Shown: one piece after another, positions 14,114 through 23,384 of the stretch
How the letters are laid out: the number at the start of each line of letters is the position of its first letter
Numbering within the stretch: position 1 is the stretch's first letter
Source of the DNA: Podarcis liolepis
Lineage: Eukaryota
Length of the DNA stretch: 64,000 bases
Direction: 5' to 3' (one strand)
Assembly: GCA_965112155.1 (NCBI GenBank)
Contig: OZ218107.1
The notes under the pieces: model-generated
Seen by the model: the letters and a program-made list of their open reading frames with translations, nothing else
Database searches by the model: none
What the model was told of the DNA's origin: nothing
Program-made: the position numbers and the translations under genes

Positions 14114-14293
14114 CAGAGCCAGCACGTCTCACCACTTGAGGCAAAACTGGAACCACTTGTGCTGCAGCTGTGCTGCCTGCCCTGCCTCTGGCAGAAGTAG
14201 TGGGCAGGCAGAGTGCCCACAGGAATGCCGCCTCAGGGGATTTTGCCGCCTGAGGCAGCTGCTTCACTCCACCTCATGGGTGGGTCGGGCCTG
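14114..14293. mobile_element. Degenerate hAT-type MITE in the 3' UTR
   Basis: Ends cagagccagc / gtcgggcctg; imperfect 8-bp TSD agaccttt/agaccatg. Confidence 0.55.
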
Positions 14294-14564
14294 AGACCAT
14301 GAAATCCAGAGTCTTAACATCCCCACCGATTTCAACCTGGTAATAAAGCCTTGCTTATTAAGTTCTTTGATATCAGAGCAAAGCATCAGACATCAATTCC
14401 TATAATGCAGTCTACATGATTCCAGTATCCTTCTTAAATCCAGTTCTGAAGCTAGAAGTAGTTGTTTGGCTTGTGCCTAAAATAACACACTTCTGAAATG
14501 TGAGGATATAACATAAAGGTCTCAGAAACTGCAATGGTATGCCATTGTTTAGCAGTTACAATAT

Positions 14565-15032
14565 GGCACCATTCAGACCTAACAGGGGGAAAAATTATTT
14601 CCTGCTATGTGAGTGAGGTGCAGCAAGCCTTGGGGTTACACTCTATCTCTCCTTCCCTTCTCCTCTTTCATGCACCAGAAGAGGAGATTTAGATGCCCAT
14701 GTTTCAGATTTTAACCTACCCACAGTTCCTTGCTGTGTTCAAACTCAGGGAATTAAGCTTGTTTAAACTACAGTTAGCGAGAACAGGCCAAAATCAAACC
14801 ATGGTTTCAGATCCTGGCTTGTTCTCCCTAACCAGAGTTTCAACAAACCACAGCTTCCAGAGTTCAGGCATGAGAGAGAATTGTAGTTAGCTTAAAACAG
14901 GAATGCTTCTGAGCAACACCTTGCTTGTGTGGAAAAAACAGTGAGAAGGGGGAAACTTGAGAGCCCAGCACTTGCCATAGCTAATTCACTTAGCAGGAAA
15001 CCATGGTTTCCTGTTACAACTGAACTGGGTCT
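14565..15032. mobile_element. Old palindromic MITE of the aaaccatggttt family in the 3' UTR
   Basis: Repeated aaaccatggttt/aaaccacag motifs; related copies near 2690-2830, 20300-20510, 24920-25250 and 58925-59220. Confidence 0.5.
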
Positions 15033-15195
15033 ATAATCCTGGTTCTTCCTTCATGTGATCTAGACTAGTTTCTCAACCAGTTTCCCTGTTCCTCCCTTTC
15101 CCTGCGAATCCTACATGTGTAACAAGCATTCTGATGCCACTGACACAGGGGGGGGGAAACCCTACTTCAATAACAACCAATCCCCTATTAAGAGA

Positions 15196-15196
<1 letters not shown>

Positions 15197-15245
<49 letters not shown>
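15197..15245. repeat. (AAT)n microsatellite
   Basis: Seen directly. Confidence 0.95.
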
Positions 15246-15246
<1 letters not shown>

Positions 15247-17746
15247 GAAGATGCAGGAATGCATGTGCAAGAGTAAAACATAATTATAACACATTAAAAT
15301 TAATAACAATCATACAACAACATAACAAAATTATTCCTCTCAATGACACAAGCAGCATGAAGCTTCCACTCTAGATGTGATAGGCTAGGGAAGGAATGAA
15401 ACATGTTACACTGAGAAATTGGGGGAAATTATTTAATGGGATAGGAACTGGAAAGAGTTTTCTCCAGAATGTGAAAATGTAAGGTGCATGAACCAATGAA
15501 AGATCAGACTAGGATTTACATTATTACGTTTAGGGGGAGAAGGAAGAAAACAAGAAAACCAAATGGTGCTTAGTTTTAAATGAGAAAAAAAGAGGGTTAA
15601 TTTGAGGGTTTTGCCGTAGGAAAACAACTGTGTCCAACCAAGTATTCATGGTGAGAGCTCTCCCTCCAGGCAAAACACGAGTGCCCGCTTCAAGATATTA
15701 CAACTGTGCTTGTCTTTCTTGCCAACTTACCTCTTGAGAAACCTTTTCGCCTTTAACACTCCTGGGATCCCTCCCTCTTCTCTCAGCTAACTGACCTGCC
15801 ATATCCCAACATCTTACCATATTGCCTAAACACTCCTTTGTCTGAAGTCACAAATACAGCTGTAGCGGTACTGAGCGGCTATGCAGGCAGACAGGCCTCA
15901 GACCACCGATACAAGTACATCTCCACAGGGAACAAACGACAACGACAACAACAATAACAATACTAAGCACTGACACAGCAGAAGCACCCACTTGCATTGG
16001 TGTAGCGTTTTACGGTTTCCCTCTAACCTTCAAAACTCTGCTTCATGGTACGAAAGCTTCTCTTTGGAAATCTGTTTTGTTTGTTTGTTTTAAAAAAAAG
16101 AGCGTTCAGATTATTCGGAGCTGAGGATACAGAGCCCAGATAGCAAACCTGAACAGTGATTAAAACAAAATATCCACTATATGAATGAGATGGTGGGGGG
16201 GAATGAAGAAAGCACCATGTGAGCCACGACACGTTTCATCACTGTGTCTCCAAGTCAGGCTTAGCGCCAGCATTTCGTAAGCAAAGGACCTTCAGAACAC
16301 ACTGCCTAGAAGTGATCAACCCCCTACCGCCAGGCATTGGGCTCAGGCCTCCTGCTAAGGTTGCGTAACCCAGTTCAAAGTAGCGCCATTGGCTTTGCCC
16401 AGCTGCCCAAGTGCCAGTGCAAGCACTTCTCCAGAAAAAAAGCAACTTCTGGAGCAAACCTGAGTCTGATGCTCTAGAAACAAGTCCTCCCAATTCTCTT
16501 ATTTCTTTTTTCCCCACTGAAAGCATTCAAGTGAAAATATATATACAGTCTGTCCCAGCTAATCATCTCCCCCCACCTCCCCAGTCCAGACATAGGGATT
16601 TAACATGAGGTACTACGTGTTTCTGATCCAAAGCAAGCCTGCCCTCACTCACCCACCCTCTTCTTCTTCTGTTTATGCTTTAGTAAGAATACTAAGCTGC
16701 AAAGAATTGGCCGGGTGGCAGAACTAAGCATCCTGACAGAAAGCTAAATCTGTAACTCCACCAACAAAACGGAACTACCTGGAAAGCTGCTTTCGGGCCT
16801 AAGAGCCAGTCTGGGTCCTTTCAAATTCCCATTTCCACCTCGCTCCAGTCAAATTCCACACCACCCCTCTCCCTCGACCTTTGCAACTTACCCAATAAAG
16901 ATGAAAATAATAAGAAGAAGAAGAACCAAAAAAGTCTAGAAGAAGGAAAGCAACAATAAAGAACAGTCAAAAGAAGAAAAAAGAATTGAGATTAATTTCC
17001 AACCAGCCTCAGTCAGTTTCTAGGCGTACCAGTGGAAGTAAACCCTTAAAACTGCAACTGTAGTTTGGTAAGGCACTACAAGGGAATGATGTAAAACTAA
17101 GACTGTGACAGTTTGCAATGGCTGTGCTGAGGACCACACCACAAGAGAAGGCAGCATCAGTGCGCCCATGCGCACATTCACACACACACGCTCTCACACA
17201 CACATATATACCTGGACAATCACATTTGTTACATGCCTATGTTATATCACTTTTTTGTGCAATCACATTGAGGAATAGTCTATTGGTATCATTGGAATTT
17301 AACACAAAGTAGAAAAAAGGGTGTTATGTGTCATATAGTGCTACATTCTACCAAGGTCAAGCTAGAACTACTCCTACACTAACAGCCCAATCCTGAACAT
17401 TTGGGTTTGTGTTATCTGCTCACAATACGGGACGGCAATGTCACGGCAACATTAGCGTGGCACCATGCTATGTGGCGCTGTGATGGGTTAGCTACCAAGC
17501 ACAGTCCCAAGGTATGCATTTATGTGCTGGAGCAGGGAACGTTAGGATTGGACTGCAAACGGTGAAGGGTTACCCAAAAGGAAAGAAAGAAAGAAAATAT
17601 TCCAAAGTAAAGAAGATGAGATTCTATTGTACATTATTAAATACGCTTTTCTTTTAAGAACAACAATTCTCAGGGATTTATCCAGGGTGCTTAGAGTAAG
17701 AACAAATATCTCTGTTGCCCCTGATTTCACCCAATAGTGTTTTCTG

Positions 17747-17747
<1 letters not shown>

Positions 17748-17786
<39 letters not shown>
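17748..17786. repeat. (TG)n microsatellite in the proximal 3' UTR
   Basis: Seen directly. Confidence 0.95.
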
Positions 17787-17788
<2 letters not shown>

Positions 17789-18434
17789 CTCTAACCTGCC
17801 CCTGCTGCCAAGCCTGAGAATGAGAGAGCTGGAACAGTCCAAGCACCTCTCATCCTATGCTCGCCCCCTCCCAACAGAAAACACATCACACTTTTCATTG
17901 TTCCTTTATTTTGGGTTACAGCAACCAGTGCAAATGACAAAAGCGATAACCCTTTTGAAATTCTGGATAAATCCCTAATTTGTATGCTTCTTGGTTTTAA
18001 TTTAAAAAATATATATACCCAAACACCTATGAAACCTTGTATTAGGAGGTTTTGAACAGCAAATTCCTAAACGTAGTCAGATGAAAATAATCTGTAAAAG
18101 TTCTACTGGGGAAGTTATCCAAAAACGGGACCAGACAACGATGGCCCCTTCCACTTCTCCCACTACGTAGTTTGGTGCAGAATGTTTTATTTGTTTTTGT
18201 TTTTCATTTTATCTTTTTTCTGTTCTTTTTCCTTTTTTAAATAAAAAGCGCAGGACTGGCATCGACTCGACTCTCCTTCCGCCTCCTCAAAGTCTCCTCT
18301 GTTCAAGTTCCATTTGAGCCTCTCGTTGCATTGTTTGCTCGCCTGCGGTGTCCTTCAGAACAAAAGCAGCCACGTTTCCCTCTCAGTGTGTGCCGCCGCC
18401 GTTTCCCCATCTGCCGCCCTCTCATTCCAGCGTT

Positions 18435-18899
18435 TTAGATGTAAGGGTACTGGTTGACCTTGGTTGGGCTCAAGGGGTATCCAGTGTAGACAGAGGCTGG
18501 AGATGCACTGATATAGGTCTGGTGGGCAAACTGAGCCTGATACTGGCTTGGGTGGATGGTGGGCGACGGAAGGACACGAGGGCCCATGCTGACGGGAACC
18601 TGGTGGACGATGCTGGCTGGGTATGTGGTGTGCTGGACAGCGTGGCGGGCCGACCCCTGGGAAGCCACCAAGTGGGCCACCGTCCCTGTCGAGCCCAGAG
18701 CCGCCGGCGCAGTGTATGTGTAGAGATGAGGCTGCGTGGGGAGGTGAGCAGCTGCAGCCGCGGCCAGGTGGGGGTGGACCGTACCGTGGCTGGGGCTGTT
18801 GTGTGGGAAGGAATAGGGTGCCTGAGCAATTGTCGGAGTGATGTAGGCTTGCTGCCGCCGGTGACTCCCTGTGCGATCCGTCGTGATGTGCTGCTGGGC
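18435..18899 (-). CDS. HIPK2: HIPK2 last coding exon (15), Ala/Gln/Tyr/His-rich tail ending ...[11 protein letters not shown]
   Basis: ORF 18435-18923; acceptor ctctgaacag; TAA at 18435-18437; C-terminus typical of HIPK2. Confidence 0.97.
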   Translation of the reverse strand, partial: AQQHITTDRTGSHRRQQAYITPTIAQAPYSFPHNSPSHGTVHPHLAAAAAAHLPTQPHLYTYTAPAALGSTGTVAHLVASQGSARHAVQHTTYPASIVHQVPVSMGPRVLPSPTIHPSQYQAQFAHQTYISASPASVYTGYPLSPTKVNQYPYI

Positions 18900-19913
18900 C
18901 TGTTCAGAGAGGAGCGCCAACAAAACGAGGGTGAAGTTTTAATCGCCACAGTTCTCAAGCACAACAGCATGCTCTCGGGAGGCTTAAATCCCAACCTATT
19001 TTCTATCCCTTTCCATCATGCACAGTTTCTGGATTTCTGGCTTCCCTGGCGGTTGCAATCTCTCTCCTCTGCCTGGCAAACTGCATTTCCTGCAATGCTG
19101 CAACCATCCACTGGTCCCATTCCTGCAAGGAATATCTGAAAGACCTGTATGAGTGCTCAGTTCCTAGCTGGGGTGAACAAGCACCCTGAAATTGTCAAAA
19201 GAGAGGCTCCAGCATTCAAGATGGCAAGATGCTCTTCATGGGAGGTGGACTGGCCACTGTCACTCTTGTCATTCTACCTGTGCCCCATCCCAACCCCCTT
19301 GCCAGCAGCTGGTTAAGATTTCTGGGCCTCACCAATGGTTGCAGGAGCCTGAACTTGGCACTCACTTTCATGAACATCCTTTGAAAAGATATATTAGCTC
19401 TGTTCCCAACCTTACTTCCTAACTCTTGGGTAATCCAAAAAGCAGCAGCTTCAGGCTGAAGAGCAAGAGAGGGGGAGAAGGAACACAAGGATTTCCCACC
19501 TCGTCTGCTGAGAAACTCTCAAGTAGCAGCAGCAATTCTGTCGAGCTACCTGAATTATTTCCCTCCCACCCAGTTGTTGTAATAGTCACTTTAATTACTA
19601 GTGGCTGGTTTCTTTCTTCCTCCACCCTCACCACCCTTTTTTCCCTTGCATGCCATGCCATGCCTTTTCAGAATGTAAGCCTGAGAGCAAGAAATGTCTT
19701 CCTCCTGCTTTGTTGTTGTTTTTTATGCCACTCTAGGAACTCTAGGAACACATTCTTAGCTAAACACTCTAGGAACACAAAGAAATCTGCGAAAGCTGGT
19801 CTGAATGAAAACAGGCAGTCTCCCGTGGGTCGTGCCACTTCTTGGGCAGTCTTGGAAAGATTTTGCAGGAACCTCCTGCCTGCCTGTCCTCTCTCCACTC
19901 TCCCTTTGCTTAC

Positions 19914-20074
19914 CTGGCTGAGATTAAGAGGCTGCTGCTGCTGGAAGTGTGGTCCTGGCCGCTGCTGCCTATAGGCAATGGCTCCAGACGAGCTCCCTGA
20001 AGAGTGACCGCTGGTGGAGGTCACGATGCTGGAGGACTTCGACTTGTAGGAGGACGAGTGGTGACTGGTGGTGA
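19914..20074 (-). CDS. HIPK2: HIPK2 exon 14, 161 nt: (V)[53 protein letters not shown]
   Basis: ORF 19668-20111; acceptor cccctgctgcag, donor GTAAGC. Confidence 0.96.
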
Positions 20075-21408
20075 CTGCAGCAGGGGAAAGAGCATGCATT
20101 TGTGGTGTCATGCATGCCTAACAGTCATCAGAAGCCTTTGGCTTAAGGCCATCCAAGACCTGAGAGGCAACTCTGTCCCAAGGCCATGTGTGGCACCTGA
20201 CACACTGAGCTGGTTCACACAACACACTAACCACGAGAGCATGCAAACTCCCGGAAAGGAGCCTGTAGTCCCTATGCTCCTCTCCAGGACTTTTTGCTGC
20301 TGCATGGTGGCAAGCTAAACCAAGGTTTGACTTACCACGCCGTGCCATCAGGAACTCATGGCTGAGATCTCTCCTCACTAAACATGAGCTGTAGCCAAGA
20401 ACAAACGTTGGGTACAGCTTGTGGATTATACGGAGAGAACTTAAAACACTATGCATTGCTAAGCCAAACCACAGTTTAGCCTCTCACATCTGCAAATAGG
20501 AGCAGGGAGAAGCAAAGCGTTTGCGAGCTCCCTTCCGGGATGTCTGCAGTGGAGTCTGCTAGGCATGAAATAACTGCTAGGGACTCACTCCCCCCCCCAC
20601 CCCCCCCCAAAGTCCCTTGGTCTGTATAAAATGAAATATTTTTGTACCACAAAGATAGGAATCCTGTGGCCTCCCAGATGTTGTTGGACTCAAAGCCCAA
20701 TCACCAATGACCATGGACCATGCCTGGGGCTAATGAAAGATGGAGTCCGTGCAAGACTGTTGGACATTGTTCTTGTTGGTTTTACAGATGGATTTAATGT
20801 ATTGTTATTGTATCTTATTTTTACTTGTTTAGTATACCTCTGTGATATGTCTGAACCGAGAGTGATATATAAATTCTTTAAATTCTAAATAGTATTAGGA
20901 ACAACAACATCTGGAGGATCACAGGTTCCCCATCCCTGCTGTATGACACGAATGAAATGCAGCAAACCTGCTAATAAAGGCCAAGCAGGGATTTGGAAGC
21001 ATGGAAGACAGATCCTGAAGCAGAAGGGATTCTTCTCTAGGGTAGTGGTTCACAACCGTTTCCCCCCCACTTGAAAACTGCTGAGGATCTTGGTGGAGCA
21101 ATTAATGTTATTTCTGCCTGTTGCAACACTCGTAGTGTGCTGTGCTACATGCTGTATGATTTTAAATGGTATCATTCTTGCTTCTTTCATTGCAATGGAA
21201 TTGAAATTGCAATGCAATAAAATATGACAGAAGGAATAAAAGCAGCAATAAAAGGACAATTAAAAAGCAGCATGAATATGTAATCCAGTGGATTTACCAT
21301 CTCCCATCTTCAACCGCAAATCCACAGACACGCTGTGGAACTGCTGAATGAAGTGGGAACTCCTATTCTAAGGCCTTTGCTTAACACTGAGAGATGTCGC
21401 CAACCTAC

Positions 21409-21656
21409 CTGGTACCAAGTTATCACATTCTACTAACACCTCGCTGGCCTGCGTTTTCAGTGGCGGCACGATGATCGTCCGAGGATTGCCGTTGCAATGC
21501 GTTTCCGGCGCTCCCTTCGTGTCATAGCTGTTTCCGTTGTTGTTCCCTCCTCGATGCTGCACTGCATAGGGGCTGTTGTTGCCGGAGGAATCAGAGTAGG
21601 GGGAGTCATGCACAGTTACACAGCTGATGACATTTTTCCTTTGCTTAGACAGGGGG
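21409..21656 (-). CDS. HIPK2: HIPK2 exon 13, 248 nt: [24 protein letters not shown]...[25 protein letters not shown]
   Basis: ORF 21368-21667; acceptor tcttgcag, donor GTAGGT. Confidence 0.96.
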
Positions 21657-21989
21657 CTGCAAGACAAAACCAGGCCCTTCCCGCGTTAGGCTTCCGCTTG
21701 CGCCAGTGCATAAATGCAAACTCAGTCTGTCCTTTCAATGGCGGCACTTAACATTTATTACATTCTCTTTATTTTGAAGGCTTGTGAGACACACACACAA
21801 CCAGCTTTTAACCTAATGACTCTCAAAATGCGAATACATCTCAGAGCTGAGGTAATCAATGTGGTGCCCTCCAGATGCTGTTGGACTACAGCTCCCATGA
21901 TCCCACGCTGACTGGGGCTGATGGGAGTTGGAGGCCAACATCTGGAGGGCAGGACATTGGCTACCCCGAACTTAGACCAAATGTTGATT

Positions 21990-22184
21990 ACAGGTAGGTA
22001 GCCGTGTTGGTCTGCCGTAGTTGAAACAAAATAAAAAAAATCCTTCCAGTAGCACCTTAGAGACCAACTAAGTTTGTTATTGGTATGAGCTTTCGTGTGC
22101 ATGCACACTTCTTCAGATACACTGAAATGCACACGAAAGCTCATACCAATAACAAACTTGGTTGGTCTCTAAGGTGCTACTGGA
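21990..22184 (-). mobile_element. Penelope-like retroelement (PLE) terminal fragment with inverted partial duplication
   Basis: 12-bp perfect TSD caaatgttgatt (21978-21989 / 22185-22196); 58-bp inverted arms; embedded minimal hammerhead typical of PLE pseudo-LTRs. Confidence 0.85.
22083..22120 (-). ncRNA. Minimal type I hammerhead ribozyme motif
   Basis: GUAU-CUGAAGA-A-GUGUG CAUG CACAC-GAAA-GC-UC|AUAC: stem I GUAU/AUAC, CUGANGA box, stem II, GAAA box, AGCU helix III, UC cleavage site. Confidence 0.8.
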
Positions 22185-23337
22185 CAAATGTTGATTGTTT
22201 AGTTGATTTAAATTCAGTGTGTCTGGATATGATGCATTATCCCTCATTTTCTGCTTCTACATTCACTGTGTTGCCCCTCTCCCTAGGTTAGCGTGAACTC
22301 AGAAAGGCTAAGCAATTTTTCAAGCTAATCTGCCTGCAACAATGTGAAAGAAATTATGAGAAACTAGCATCAGCCTCCCTTGTGTCGTGCTAGAAGTTTG
22401 TGACACAAAATACACCGGCCTTTTTGGATTCACACTACTCTTCGTGCCGAATGACACTGAGAATTTCCCACAGAACACCTTCCACATTTCTACCTACTTT
22501 AGAGAGTAGGTGACTGCAGAAATTTGCTCAAATGGCTCATCTTCTGAAAGACACACACACACACACAAGCCCGACTACGGAAAACAGCAGCGATGTTTTG
22601 CCAATTGCATTACGTTGTTATAGCAACTGCAATTTTTGTAAAATGACGACAAGAAACAGATCGTGTATATAAAGAACTTGGCAATTAGGTATGTTGGCGG
22701 AAGCCATCTCATGGGGAGGCAAACACTGTAAAGAATCCAAATGGGGGTTTCCCAAAGCTTTTCAGTGCTAAATTTTCATATTCCCTCCATGCCTTTTGCT
22801 GCTGCTACTAAAAGGCTTAGTGTGATAAAAAAAAAAGCTACTTCAAGGGAAGCGGCATTTTTTGTTGAACTTTTAGTTAGTTGCTTGTTGCATTTATATT
22901 CTGCCTCTTTTTTTGCCAATTTGCCAATTTGCCAATTAAAAATGTTAATGAGTAGCGCTAAATAACTTCAGGCTGACTTCAGGAGCTGATGGCAGCAATT
23001 CCATAGCCTGGGCTTCCTGGCTTCTGCGTTCCCTCAGGGAACACAGGCCTTAAGTAGCCTCAGGGAAGGAGGGGGAGGTTTCTGCCTTCCCTCACAGCAC
23101 ATAGGGCTTTCTTTATAAGCCCCAGGTAGCCCCAATAATTACCTCAGACCTTTGATGGTCCCTTCATGGGCTCCCCGGCCTAGGTTCCCTGGCATCTGCG
23201 TTTCCTCAGGACGCAGGGCTTGAGGAACCCCAAGGAAGGTGGGGCTCACAGGGCAAACTGTAATTTTAAGTTGTTTAAAACTGTTTTTAACCATTGTGTT
23301 TTTATTCTTGTAACCTTTAGTACTGGGACCTTAGGAT

Positions 23338-23384
23338 AGGGTAGGGTAGGGTAGTAGTAGTAGTAGTAGTAGTAGTAATAGTAA
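23338..23384. repeat. (GGGTA)3(GTA)n simple repeat ending a LINE-like tail
   Basis: Seen directly. Confidence 0.8.

Larger units (their letters stand above)
6347..18434 (-). other. HIPK2: Inferred very long (~12 kb) HIPK2 3' UTR
   Basis: U-rich on the minus strand and largely free of young TEs except an island at ~13.8-15.2 kb; ends at a poly(A)-signal-like hexamer; mammalian HIPK2 has a very long 3' UTR. Distal end is inferred. Confidence 0.6.

Noticed and set aside
18348-19139. 263-aa plus-strand ORF antisense to the last exon
   Set aside because: Antisense shadow of GC-rich coding sequence; GTG start and no recognisable domain
22121-22146. Second hammerhead on the plus strand
   Set aside because: Incomplete CUGANGA box and missing 5' strands of stems I and II
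21758-22291. Mirror-image ORFs on both strands starting MSFRVH
   Set aside because: Artefact of the Penelope inverted repeat
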